DNA of 64,000 nucleotides from Tricharina praecox (Eukaryota): NCBI RefSeq assembly GCF_024521635.1, contig NW_026250416.1, positions 806,001 to 870,000 of the forward strand, read 5' to 3'. Shown piece by piece: positions 1 to 12,625 of this stretch (position 1 is its first letter; each line of letters starts with the position of its first letter). The notes under the pieces were generated by a model. It saw only the letters and a program-made list of their open reading frames with translations, ran no database searches and was not told where the DNA came from. The position numbers and the translations under genes were made by a program.

Positions 1-1384
1 GAACTATCCGGCAAGCGGCGCTGCTAGAAAGATGATGCAACAATCACCGAGTAGACCCAGATGGCGTCGAGCTGTGAGGGCGACGATATGTACCGAATAG
101 CTTTGGTGAACATCAGTAACGACCTTCTAGTCACAATTTCGGAACGCACAGCTCCTGGTTACTTTACCGCTAAAAGGTCCGCATGCTCTATGGAACTCAT
201 AACATCCTTAATCCATACCTCTGGCTTTCTGTGATGATCGCACCGCTACTATCGTATTCCTCAAGGTTGGAGATGGTATTTATTCCTGCAGGTCCGACAA
301 AAACACACTCCAGCGGCTTCTTCAAAGCAGTTGGCGTAGTAGTCATCGGTAGCGCCACCTAAACATTATTTCCTCCGCCCGAAAGCGCACATGAATTAGC
401 TACAAAGAGTGAGAGTGCTCGTCGCATGTAGCACAACAGAATTGAAGCGAAGCATCGCGTTCGTGCGATTCTATGTTGGTGTCATTCAGCGCATGACTTA
501 AGGCCGTTAACATCCTACACCTCTGCATCTAACATTCCCGAGAGGAAAGAAAATGTCACTGAGGATTACCGCCGTGGTTCGGATTTACGTATTGCCATCG
601 AGCAGTGGAATCATCACTTGAGTAGAGGCAACTGTTCGTGCGATACTATTTTGGTCGCCGCAGAAGGCAGATCCTAGTGATGAGGCGTAGCACAAAGCGC
701 AATTCATATTCAACTTTAGGCACCGCTATTATCATAGCTCTTGTGGTCTAGCGGAAAGGTGCCTCAGAATTCATGGGGAAATCCGCGGTTCGAATCTGCG
801 CTTGAGCTTTTTATGTTTTCGCTTGTCACTCGATTAAATTTTCACTCCTTGAGCCAAAAAGCAAAGGTGGTCATCGAAGCCTTATTATTTACAGGTTGTC
901 CAACGTATCACCCTACAAGGAGAGAGCCCTTGATGTACCACTTTAACGCTCATTCGGCCCCTATGCACCGTAATCGAACAGTCGTGATGATACTAGTCGT
1001 CATAGGGCCCCCTTCGTTGCACGATATCTATCTCGAATTATTACCAACAGTTGTCAATTACCATGATTCAAGAACTTCCGAATGTCCCAGCTCGCCGAAC
1101 AGACTACACGAACCGATTAACCACAGAAAAAGACAGCAAATGAGAGCAAATGACAGAAGACGCCACATATGAGCTACCAAATATGACCGAAGTAAATGAC
1201 CTCAATCACCCAATCGCACATCCGAAAAATCAACCTCTTCCTTTATCGCACGGCTGCCAAATCAAACGCAAGTCTTCGTTCACAACATTACCATGATGAT
1301 GACACATGTAATCTCCCGTCAAACGCGAATTTCGACAGCTTGATTACAATCCCGCACCTCGTGACAGGTGAACTCAACCCGAGT

Positions 1385-2463
1385 CTACCTCTTTTTAAGC
1401 TTCCGCAAGCGCGGAACGGGCTTGCCAGCCAGGTAGGACTTGACGATGGCGACGAATTCCGCTCTTCGCCAATCCCTCTTGAGGCCGATATCGTGCTCCC
1501 TGCAGAATGACCGGATCTCATCGAGAGTGGCCTTATCGGGATCGAACGGTTCAGACTTTGGGATTGGTGCTGTGTTTTTGCGCTTTGCAGCTGACTTACG
1601 CTTGGGCTTCGCCTTAGAAGTGTTCTGACGCTTTTTTGATGGCGTCGCTGTAATGCACGAATCAGCACCGAAACATCTACCAGAAGATATTGATCGCTTA
1701 CCTGTGACAGGCTACGACTCCTCGCAGTTGGAGTTGGCCGGTCCCTGCTCACCTGACTGCGTTGATGACGAGTGCAACTGCGTGGAGGCGTTGGTGTCCT
1801 CTAATTTGTTAAGCTCCTCCAAAGACACTCTGTCGGGGTTGGTATCGACAGCCATAACAGAGTCGTATTTCTGGTACCTCTCGGGGGACTCTACTCAATT
1901 TCTGGCCATTCGACAACGGGCTGATTGATGCTGTTCGCAGCAACACCACCATAAAGAGACGATGGTGGGTTGTCGTGGACACCTTGATGCTTCTGTTCAT
2001 GACCGAAGGAGATCTGGGGATTCTGGGTGGAGGCGATCGAAGTGGCTTCGTCTTCGTCTGCATTTTTCCAGTACGAGACTTCTCCGACATGTAAGTAGAT
2101 GTTTGGGTAAGGGGTGACATATCGTACACCCGGTTGCGTCTGACTCGGCGGGGGCTACTCACTCTCTTGTTCGCCGTTATAGAATCCGACCATCACAGGC
2201 CTCTGTGGAGCGAGTATCGAGCCAGCCTGTGCCGATAAGACTGCGCTCGTGGGAAGATTGACGGACGTACCGATGTCCACGGACGTCGTGGGTGGAGTAG
2301 GAAGGCTAAGACCGTGATCGGTATTCGACATTGTGAGGTAGGTGGATGGAGGTGCTGAGGATGTATTGGGATGGAAGAGAATTCCTGTTGTGCTGTCCTG
2401 GGACGGATGAGGATTGTTGGATGGTGTAGATGGTGGGTTGAAGATACTAAAGGATTTTGACAT
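1385..2463 (-). pseudogene. Decayed gene for a low-complexity protein ending in a HeH/LEM/SAP-like helix-extension-helix motif
   Basis: Exon 1 is ORF 2155-2463, ending at a GTGAGT donor near 2162. Downstream translation reaches ...KKRQNTSKAKPKRKSAAKRK...PFDPDKATLDEIRSFCREHDIGLKRDWRRAEFVAIVKSYL...RLRKLKKR* (stop 1385-1387). It needs a frameshift near 1890 and has an in-frame TAG at 1712-1714. Confidence 0.5.
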
Positions 2464-2783
2464 GTTGTAGGAAGAAAATAATTTCTCTGAGTGGATGGTG
2501 AGGGGGAACGAAGGCAGGTTGGAGGTGAGCAGCGACAGTACCCTAGAAGTTGTGTCCCCGTGCTTGCTTCTCTGGCCGGCAAATTCTAAGGTGGTTGTTG
2601 GTTTCTGCCTCCACGATGAGAGGAGCGCTAGTCTGTAGGATAGAAAGGTGACGAGCTAATAGTGATGCGTGGCATCAGATACGTGGGAGTCTACCCGGCC
2701 TCGCCAGATTGGGTGGTTAGAGGGATGGGAATCAATGCGAGGCGTCTTGAAGTTAGTCTGCAACTGCGGAGATAGGAAATATC

Positions 2784-3600
2784 CTACAAGATGGCATTCT
2801 GGAGTAGTTTATAATTAACATCCTCCCTGACCGTTCCCGGTAATTGGTGCTCATCTTGCGGCTTGGATTGAACTGGGAGCTCTGCGGGACTGGTACGAGT
2901 GGACGGATGGCGGTCGACCAATACCTGGACTGGTAATTTTAGTGGGAAATGTTTGAAATCGGTGATCAAGGTTTTCTCCAGTCTGTAATCGCCATCGTCC
3001 AATACCTTCGATCTCGTATGCGATTCCGTCTTCCAACGCCATACTAAGTGTGGTGAAAGGTCCTTTCAAACCTGGCTTCTTTGCTTGAAACATCGTGATC
3101 TGGAACGGTAGAGGCACCAAGAGTTCCGTATGCGATAGTTGTATGCGAGGTGGAAGTTTGTGCACTCTCGCCGAAGGTGGTTAGTCCGGCTGTGAGATCG
3201 CCACTGCAGCTGTAGCCTTGGTGGTATTTTTCTTCTCAACACGTGGACGAGGCATCGATGGCGATTAATACGAGTATCACGCAAGCTGTAAAAAGTGGTT
3301 TTGATGTTGGTAAGTGCAGTTGAAGGAAGGCCGAAGCATACAAGAGTGTTCACGTTTGAAACGAGTTGCAGGGAACTATTGCAAAAATAATGAGGTAGAG
3401 TAAGCACGTCTATCCAGGCGATGAATAATAGAGTAAAAGACCTATCTTGGCACGAATAGAGAGTCTTTTTATAGTCGCAAGACACATAGCATTCAGCCAC
3501 AGCGTTTTTGCAGTACACGTAGAAAATGTCAGTAAAAAAGCGAGTGACAATCGCACAAACGAGCAACAAACAGTGAAACAAACACGTCAACAGGGTGGAA
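2784..3600 (-). pseudogene. Decayed gene plus TATA promoter; inverted paralog of 52020-52930
   Basis: Minus strand has GCTATGTGTCTTGCGACTATAAAAAGACTCTCT (~3458-3491), matching 52137-52169 on plus. Peptide fragments such as GDYRLEKTLITDFKHFPLKLP match GDFNGHKKTVITDF*RFAFNLP at ~52844-52910. No continuous ORF. Confidence 0.5.
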
Positions 3601-4626
3601 TGCGAAGGTTTGAAAGTGTTGCCGTAATATTAACTCTACACGACTCCGTGCAGTTGTATTTGGCCAGCCAAAGCGTTCGACTCCCAAACCTCAGAAAGTG
3701 GCAGTCGACTGGGGTCAATTACGAACGACATATGCCGGTGGCTGCCAAACCCGTGCGATTCGTAAGTAGCTACATAGCCGATGTCACTAGATTACGAACA
3801 TGAATGTATGCTCTCCCATCAGCGCTACATGTCCTAAGCGGTTGAAACATCTCTGCTGATAAGGAGTTGGAAATGGTGATTTTTGATTGTTGATATTATG
3901 CGTCTTGTTACCTGTTTCCGGTGTCACTGCTACTTTCCGCTTTCCTTTGCATACTTCACTCATTTCCTTTTCATTCGTGGCTTTGTCTGTGGCGTCTCCT
4001 CATAATCGGCCTCGTCAGCTGAAAGCCTTTAAGCCCCCAGCCCAGTCCGGCGACGACTGTCGTCGCATCCTCTGTCTGAGGTCCGGCCTTCTCTTCGTCT
4101 ACACGAGCTCGTTGTCCCTTTATATGAAGTCCTCTTTCTCTTTTTTCTCGTATCAATACATCAATCAAGTCAAGTTCTCCAAATTTCAATATTGACGAAG
4201 GGTGCAAAACCGAGTGATGACGTCTGTTTACATCACGCTGATGAGCACTATTCGATTTTACTAGATTGGTCTACAATATCGCAGCCTATCGACTAAAGCT
4301 CTCGACCAGCTAGGATTCGTGGGATGGGAGGTTGTAACCGCTGTAGAAGCAGCTAGGCTCCACTCCGCGAGTGCCACTGTGGGCGAGAGAAACCCGGAGA
4401 AGAAGGGACACAACGGCATGTTTAAGGCACCTACTCGCGGAGTATCACGTATAATCACTTCACCGAAGTCAGAACAGCATAGCAGTGAAACCAACTAGTA
4501 GATTAAGAAACAACAAAAAAAGTTACATAAATCTCAAAAAAAGCAAACATGCGAACTGCGCAGGTCGAAACAAGCAAGCAAATGGCCGAAATCGAAAGAA
4601 CTGGACGACTGCTATCCACTCCCCGC

Positions 4627-4803
4627 CTACCCGGTGATCGGACAGGCCGGGCAACATGTATGCCCGCACGACGCGTCGGGACACACCCAGCGGCTGCTCG
4701 GTAAGCCTTGCGGGCGGTCCCAGATCTGGGCGCAGAAACAGCATTGCCACGAGAGTTTCCGTCGGGTGTTGCGGAGGCGAGCGATGAGTCCGGTGAAAAC
4801 CAT
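4627..4803 (-). CDS. 58-aa Cys-rich, probable zinc-ribbon microprotein (below the ORF-track cutoff)
   Basis: Translation: MVFTGLIARLRNTRRKLSWQCCFCAQIWDRPQGLPSSRWVCPDASCGHTCCPACPITG*. It has 8 Cys plus 1 His in a WxCCxC...WxCxxxxCGHxCCxxC pattern, a CAACA-ATG-G start context and a CATATAT element ~230 nt upstream. Confidence 0.65.
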   Translation of the reverse strand: MVFTGLIARLRNTRRKLSWQCCFCAQIWDRPQGLPSSRWVCPDASCGHTCCPACPITG

Positions 4804-5948
4804 TGTTGGAAGCTGCTGTGGAATCGATTCGGAAAGCCGTTTGAGGCTGGAGGGTTCTGCGGATGGATTGATGTGTTGTTTGCTTGCTGGAGGATTATAA
4901 GGCAGCAGTTGCGGGTATGCGTGAACCGATTGTTTGAACTTTGAGGTTGTTGGAGTTCAGGGATGTGTGTTGTGCTTGCAGGAAGTAGGAGTAGATGTTG
5001 GTGATGGTTGGTCAGTGCCGGCCGGCAACGGCCATATATGTGGAAAATACGGGGACGCCTATTGAAAAGATTTAGTTCTCTTCAGAGATCGAAGTACAAC
5101 TGGTGATGGCGGTGGCTTCCATTATTCAATTGAAATTCCCAGAATTGTCTGCGGAGAATAAATATGGTGCGAATGAGAATACCTGCGCAAAAGGTAACAC
5201 CGTCTTTCCCGTGATGTTCGAGATACGTGTCTGAGGCGGAGAACTAATAGCCAACCTGGCATCATAAGTCAACCTTCTACTGCGGAAACGTTACACCCTA
5301 CCGCTCATCCAAACGGATGTGCCATAATACGGTTCATTCATCGAACGTGGAGATGTAAGCGAAGATACATATTGACTTGACATGTTGGAACTTGGACAGG
5401 CATGATTCGGATAACTGGACTCTGTCACTTCAGGTCGTGCGTAGTTCAAAAAATAGAAATATCCTTCCGAGCCTCCAAGTGCCTTCCGAGAGCTTCATAA
5501 CTCTGTAAGGTAATCCAGTAATCCAGCAGGTGATCGCATGGGCAACAGAGATACACACCAAAGCGTTCATCAGTGTTGTGACGAGATATATGGAATTTGG
5601 CCTGTTGCCACTCACCCAGATGAGGAGTCAACCATGGACACGACGATCTCACGGATTTCTTCAATTCAACAAAGTAGCTACCTATCAGTCTGCACTAAAA
5701 GGCAGAAGAAACAGAAAGCAAAGCACAAGCGACACCAGATGTAGATATGTCAAGGAGCCTAGAACTAAAGGCAAATCCCTCTATCCTACCGAATCCTTCA
5801 CAACCATATCCGCATCGTGACTTTCAAGAAAAAACAAAACGCAAGCTTCCGTCATTTTGACGACAAGACGATCGATGAGTTGGTGTCCTAACGCTAGTAG
5901 GCATCCGAGCGTAGGCGACCACGAACCTCGCGATAACCCTCCGTGAGC

Positions 5949-7733
5949 TCATCGTAAGCCTGTCATGCGCAAAGTCAGATTTGATTTCCTGCAAAACGAA
6001 CGTAGGACGCGAGTTATTTGTCGCACCTCCTTGATGGCCTGCGAGGCGACCCTGACGTTCGGACACTCGCTCGGCGACAACCTCTTGATGATGCGCTCAT
6101 AGGCACGCTCCTTGAACTCGAAAGCGTCAAGCAGTCCTTCACCCAATTCGATGACGTGGTCTATGTCGGTGGCCAGAGAAAGGTTCTCGTCCTCAGCGAG
6201 CGTGAGACGGTGCTGTAGATTGGATTCCTCACGTTCGAGGGTATCAACGCGAGCCGTCAGCGCATTCTCGATCTGGGCGTAAACGGCGAGGCGACGGTTT
6301 AATTCCTCGTTTGCGGCCTCCGCATTCCTGATACGTATGACAAGATCGTGCTCCCTCTGGTCGGACAAGAACAAAAGTTCCTTCATCTTCCCAATGCGGA
6401 AGTTGAGCACTTGAACCAATCTCTCCACTTCCATCTTCTCCTCCATGACGGTGCGAACTTCAACCTCCTTCTCAGCAGCTATGTTGCAGGCGGCATCTTC
6501 GAACTCCTCGGCGAGAATCACTTTGTCGTTCACGGTTGACTGTTTAAGCCACTCGAGGGAAGTCTGAAGCTGGGAGACTACCATGTTATTAGTCTTCAGC
6601 GCGTTATTCAATTTTTGTTCGGCGGCCATATTCAGATTCAAGATCTCCGCGGCGTGCGAGACCTTGAGGTATTTCAACTGTTCGTCCTTTTCCGTTAAAG
6701 CAGTTTTCACAGCTTTGTCAATCATGGTTTGGACCGTAAACGGATCATCGAAGTTGGTCTTGTTTGGGACCATGTTTCCGCCAACAGGCAGCATCAGCTG
6801 ATGGCCAGGAATGGTGGTAGCCGTGGAACGTCCCGGATCCTGCTTGGTGCCGTCTTGAGAAGTGAGAGATCTCGCCGCGTGATCGGGAGTAGCACTCTGA
6901 CCATCAAGTCGTCCTGAGACGTCGATCCATTGCTGGAAAGGGTTGAACGAACACGCTTTTCCATTGTCGTTCAGCTTCCGCTCAGCTGAAAAGACCCTAA
7001 AACGTATCAACATCCATCTTTCCATGTGTCAATCAATTACTCACTGTGCATCGTCGACAGGCTCCTTTTTCACCTTAAAAAGCGGGCGACAACCGTCCAC
7101 CTGCTGAAGACATTCGTTCTCGATGGCTGCGACAGTCTGCGCAGGACTAGAGCCGGCAAAAGGGCTACCGAGAGCCTGCACACCACCAGAGCTGATTACC
7201 GGGGTAACGAAAGCCTCAACTGTGCGGACAAAAGGGTTAATGCCAGCCGTCAAGCTACCAGAGCCGGCAAAATGGTTGATGATAGCCTTCCCAGGACCAG
7301 AGTCGACAAACGGGTCACCGACGAGCTTATCAAACTCGTCAGAGCTGTCGGTTTCATGGCCTCCGTCAGTACGGGTGACACCGGTGTTTGGCAAACCACC
7401 CTGAATGGCATTCGCTGGGGTTGCCTTGGTTGAAGTCGCCTTGGTCGGGGTCGCCTTAGGGACCGAGGAAGCATCAATGCGTTCGGCCGTCAGAACTGCG
7501 TCAATCATCACTTCGCCATGGCCGCCTTCAGTGATGAGCTTGAAAGCAAAATTGGCGGGAAGCTTCTGATCGCTCTTTTCTCCACTCTTCTTCGCGCCGG
7601 AGGGGCCACCAGAGGCACCACCAGACTTCGACACGCGATGCTTGCTGTCGTACTGTGACTTATATGCCTCACGGCGAGCTGCCTGCAGAGCGGCCAGCTT
7701 GGCATCCCTCGCGGTTTCCCACGGCTTGGACAT
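5949..7733 (-). CDS. Two-exon orphan protein with disordered N-half and long coiled-coil C-half
   Basis: ATG at 7733 (MSKPWET...). A 48-nt intron 7044-6997 (GTGAGT...TTAG) joins ORF 7041-7769 in frame to ORF 5949-7025 (DDAQ|VFSAERK). The C-terminal region is an E/K/L-rich heptad-like stretch. Probable 5'UTR intron ~7796-7738. Confidence 0.75.
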
Positions 7734-9314
7734 GTTGCTGTAATCCACATCAGTACTTGTCCAAAGCACTATTGATAACAGAAGGGTAGATCATACCCTG
7801 ACATCGGGGAGTTTTTTTTTTTGTCGTGGAGTGTGTTCGGTTCGAGAGGATGGGGGTTGCTTGAATGCCAGGTGTTCGCTCTGCACAGGGCTATGGACGT
7901 TGATTTGAGTGTGTGCTGATGGAAGGCTGAGCGAGAGCTGCAAGCAAACGTGACGCGGGTACTCGATAGAGAAAATGTGGAAAGAAAGGGGTGAATAGGC
8001 CACTATGAAGCCCGTGGAAATTTGTGGATACAGCGAAAGGTGGAAGTAGGAGAAAAGATATTACTTACGATTCCAGTGAAGGAAAGTAGTCTGTGCGATG
8101 CGGGTGACGTCTATGGTTGCGAGTCGAGGCGTGAGGAGGGAGGTGAGGAAAGAGGGGAAACGCGCGGGGGGGGGGGGGGGGTGGGGGGGGTGGAGATAGA
8201 TGCGAGGGGAGGTGAAGCCTGAAGGCAGAAGGGAGTGGAGGTAGAAAGTGAACGGAGAGAAGAAGAAATTGACCAAGGAACCGATCTAGCGAGATTGCAT
8301 CAGCAGCAAACACGATACCGGTTTGACACCACTCGCGCGAGTGGACACTGGACAGCATGTGGCTCCTTGTTTGTGCGCATGTACATCCCCGCCCGGCTCG
8401 ACCCTCCTGCTGCCATGTGATGTCTCAAATTGTGGTTCTGGGCATGCGCAGCTGCAACCATATGTACGTATTCCGTGGCTTCGTCTCACACCAGAGTCGT
8501 GAATTGCGAAGAAACCCACAGAGTGCGATGTCTCATCCGAATATTCGGAAGAGTCCACGAGCTATCAAACAATTAGGAAATAATATACCCAGCGCCAACC
8601 ACGGATGGCTTTCGATCGAACGCATGCCAATAGTACTCAGCCATCTGGTCTGCTTTCACAGTGCCGACATGGCTATTCTGTATCTTTCGTGCAGAGCCCG
8701 TCCCCGTGCCCTTTTTCGGAGGCGTTCTTCGTGTAAAACCACTTCTCCATAGTAGGCATCTAGTACGAATTGGTTTGTTCGACCAAAAGCTTTAACTGCC
8801 GAGTCTTCAAGCCCCTTCACACACGGCAGGCCGAACATATGAGCCGAGCCTGAGCGGCGATATTCATGTGTCGGCTGCAAGGGAAATCCGCAGTGCGTTT
8901 CACTACATAAGAGCTTCCATCCGGAGGCAACCGATTTGACTCGGTCATTCCGTGATTTCATCCAGGTACAGCTTGCAGAGCCATGATCGCCAGGCCCGTG
9001 CTGTCGCTCGCGACGTTCTGGCGACGAGAGTCTCCGCGGGGACAGCATCCGGAGCACTGCCATGATGCGATAGGGTCACATACAGAAAGACGAAAAACAG
9101 CTTCTTACATTGATCCACACGTTCTGGTTACATTGGAACTTTACACTTTAAATCACGATTCACTGGACGGTGTCACACCACATGACTTACGGAGACCACA
9201 AGATTCACCAAAATACGAAAGACACTCCAAGCAGTATCACACAAATATCATTTTATTTACCATAAGCACGAGATTCTATAAAGATTCCAAGCATATGTCA
9301 CACCCCCATAACGC

Positions 9315-9923
9315 CTAATGGACGACACCCTTCAGGGGGGCATTTCCAGCGAACGCATAGGTGCCGCCGGCCCTATGGAAGTCGTAGTTGGCGCACCGGA
9401 ACATGATCTCCTTGACAACCCAAGAGAGGTCATGGCAGTGAACCATTGCCTTGTGCTCGCCACACAAAGAGACGTCGCCGCCCTTGTAGTGCTCGAGCCT
9501 AGTGCAGCGGGAGCCGTAGCGGTTGCTCTGCATGCAGGTCTTTTTCCTCGCCTCGAGCTTGGCGGCGCAGCCCTGGATCTCCTCGAAGGTCGGGGACGCG
9601 GAAGACGTCTCGCACTTGACGCTCCCGGCCTGCGTGAGCACGCCGGGCTCCTCGATGTTCGCGACAAGGTAGTTGAACTTTAACTTGTCGGAAGCGTCGG
9701 CCATGACGATGGCGGTCGTGAAGGTTTCCGTCATGTTAATACCGTGGAGGTCGGCGAGAAGCGAAGTGGGCATCTCAACCGTGATTTTTTTCGGCGCGGT
9801 AGTGTCCATAGCCGCGGCGATGTTGGCGCTGACGTTGACGAATGCCTCGTGGCCGGAGGGCGCTGCATTAACAAAAGCGACCGCGGCTTCGAGGAGCCCG
9901 ACAACAACGAAGAAAGTGCGCAT
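9315..9923 (-). CDS. Small secreted cysteine-rich protein, Ecp2/Hce2 (KP4-like) effector-like
   Basis: Signal peptide MRTFFVVVGLLEAAVAFVNA, a pro-region, then a Cys domain CETSSASP...CMQSN...SRCTRL...VSLCG...HC...RC...RAGG. GC3-rich codon usage. Confidence 0.75.
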   Translation of the reverse strand: MRTFFVVVGLLEAAVAFVNAAPSGHEAFVNVSANIAAAMDTTAPKKITVEMPTSLLADLHGINMTETFTTAIVMADASDKLKFNYLVANIEEPGVLTQAGSVKCETSSASPTFEEIQGCAAKLEARKKTCMQSNRYGSRCTRLEHYKGGDVSLCGEHKAMVHCHDLSWVVKEIMFRCANYDFHRAGGTYAFAGNAPLKGVVH

Positions 9924-11121
9924 CTTGATGATCTTGAAGGTGTCTGTAATATGCGACAACGTAGACCGGATTGATGTCGATTCTGTTGCTGTCAGTTCGT
10001 GAGCCGTGTTGTTGATGGAGGTTTGAATGTCTTACATTCTCGCAGGCGTTTTCGTCAAAAAAAAAACAAGTCTTGACAATATCGTCGATTGTGTTGTTAG
10101 AATGAGGATGTCATTCTTACGAATGGTTGTGGGTTGGAAAGCTTTGTGGGTTATAAACAGAAAAAGAAGTGATACAACCAATAATTGAATGTAATCACGA
10201 CTGAAACTTAACCAGTCACTACCCTCGGTGTCGGGGCTCAGCCCCGGTGGGTGGACGCTGTATTGTGTAATCTTTTGCATTGACCGAATCATGGTATATC
10301 ACTCGTCCATCCCAAATTTAGCCAAGTAAGTTCATGCTTCGCTTACTTGCTCATACTGTATGACCCGAGCCCTTCGCTGGGCTTTGCAAAGCATTGTGAT
10401 TCTCCCTGGGCCCCAGTCGGCCCGCGACCTTTTTAGATATTTGACAAGCCTACTACCGTTATCTTCTTCTCCTTGCCGGATCTATCGCCAAACCACGAGT
10501 GCAACACTACGAATCTACGACGACCGCTGTCCAGATGAAAGATAGAACGAGGGAGGAGGCGACAGAGAACCATGCCATGGGTATTTCCATTGTAGCTGTG
10601 GGAAACGAGCATTTAAGTTCTGATGGGTTCACTTCGGCAGATGTCATGTCGCGGAGTTCCCAACTTCGCATGACGAGGACCAAATCCCCACGATATTCTC
10701 ATGTACCGCAATGGTACCCCCCGAGTCCCGCCGGCTGCAATACCAGCATGCCAGATCAAAGAGCCAGAGGGTCTACCCCTCTCCTCCCGAATCCAGATCC
10801 ACCGTCTACCGCATCCAACGACCTGTCGCGATTCCTCGCCCCCGAGCCACTACATCAGCGATTCAGCATTCAGCATTGCAGCCGCCGTCGGCACGATTCC
10901 GCCCACGTCCATTAGTACAATACTATGGGCGGGAGGTAAAGTGTGCGAGTCAACGGGACTGCACCACAAACAGCAGGATATACCCGACCGACCGGCGTAT
11001 TCGAGCGCGTCATTACTCGGTAAGTCCGGGAATTCGGCGTCATATGCGATCACGTCGTCCTAACCGGCCAGCTCCTTGGTGGAAATTGGAAATTGGAATT
11101 GGGAAATCCGGTAAAAAAATC

Positions 11122-11540
11122 CGGCCAGTACCTCCGGTGGGCAACACGCCGACCAGGCGCCCGTTGCGGATGGTGCAGCTAAAAGGCTCAGACACGGGAG
11201 CACCTTTTCAAGGACTACCACGAATGGAAGACCAGCAGAAAATTCCGTGGAAAAAGGTCCGGATGCAAATGAGGAGATGCAAAGATCAATTCCAGATCCG
11301 GAACCTCTTCACAGACGAGCGCTGGATTCTCCAGTTCCTCTCTTCCACTGCTGTGGAAAGATGGATGCCTGCGACCGACGAGGAAGATATAGAGAGCCAG
11401 GTCTCCGAGTGGGAGCTCAAGGAGCGGGAATAAAGGAAGGCGGAACTAAGGCGGGAGGAGGAGGATGGTGTTGAGGTTTGGGTGTTGGGCTCCAGCTTGC
11501 TGTTCCTCTCCACACCTTCTTTCATGCCATCCCTTTTGGA
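11122..11540 (+). mobile_element. 3' fragment of a non-LTR (LINE, Tad1-like) retrotransposon ORF2
   Basis: GQYLRW...ARCGWCS*KAQTREHLFKD..WK is a degenerate CCHC knuckle. It is followed by QQKIPW...FQIRNLFTDER.ILQFLSST...SEWELKERE, resembling C-termini of fungal LINE ORF2. Contains stops and frameshifts. Confidence 0.7.
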
Positions 11541-11551
11541 AGAGGTGGGAA

Positions 11552-12010
11552 CAGGCCTGGGAATCGTCCGTCCCGTCCGTCCGAGGCGATGCCCTGGACG
11601 AGACGGAATTTGTCGGGCCCGGAATATCAAGGACGACAGGGCTCCAGGCAAGCTGAAGGACGACTGCATTCGGGCCCGGATATTTTGGCGCTAGTACTAG
11701 CCTTGGAACTGTGGCGCCCCAGGCCGGAATCACGCTGAGAAGAACACGACTGAGGAGTTCGCAGAACGCCGAGGAGTAGACGGCTAAGAAGACACCTCTA
11801 CCGGCAGATCATGCACTATGTGCATGTCCGTTGCTCACTGTTCAATCCCGTATCCGATCGGATGCAAAATTTGCACCGGCCAAAATCTTCCGGACAGCCG
11901 GCACCGTACACTTAGTAGCCAGCCGCTTCCGCACTAAATATTTCTGGGCCCCACGGGGCCCCACTCGGGCCCCAATAGTCTTCCGTCGGGATGGACTATT
12001 CCCAGGCCTG
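11552..12010. mobile_element. Non-autonomous hAT element (MITE), 459 bp
   Basis: 24-bp TIR, 22/24 identical: CAGGCCTGGGAATCGTCCGTCCCG (11552-11575) versus reverse complement of 11987-12010 CAGGCCTGGGAATAGTCCATCCCG. Exact 8-bp TSD GGTGGGAA at 11544-11551 and 12011-12018. Confidence 0.9.
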
Positions 12011-12625
12011 GGTGGGAAGTGGCGACGACTAGGGACTTCCGGTGACGTAGGGACGGTTTGAGTGAGTGGAATTTGTCTTCTCCCACTGTCATTTGCTTGG
12101 AGCGCTCACTTCCTTCTTCGCTGACTTTTGCAGAGCTTGCATATCTAGCGTGAGAGTCAGCCTGTTCGCAGTGTTTCCAGACAAACACACTACGGTATCT
12201 TCATCGTCGTCACCGAAACTACCGACAAACCACAAGCGCAGGTGATTGACTTAGGTATTCGACTTGACAATTGTTGTGAATGCGCAACAGGGTGCAAACG
12301 GAAGTTTGTGGCGAAATCGTCGGGCCCTCTTTTTCAGAGTTCCGTCCCACATTCGCGCCGAATCCTGATAGATGTCGGGAGGGTTCGGTTATCGCGGTCG
12401 TGGATGACTGTCCCTTCCAGATGGCGGTGGGGAATCCTCCGGGTATTCGTGATCCTGAACTTAGTGAAGAAGCTCGAAGGAACCTGATACCGACCGGCGG
12501 AGCACACTATGCTCAATAATCGTTGAAACGTAGGCCGTTAGGCTGTTCATAACGCAACTGAGGGGCGTGTTTTTTCTGGTTATATCCTCAGATTTATCGT
12601 AGGTATGACATGGCGGCGTATGGAC

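Noticed and set aside
1700..1900. In-frame TAG codons as possible A-to-I editing-corrected stops
   Set aside because: A frameshift is also needed to restore the gene, so simple decay is the more parsimonious explanation.
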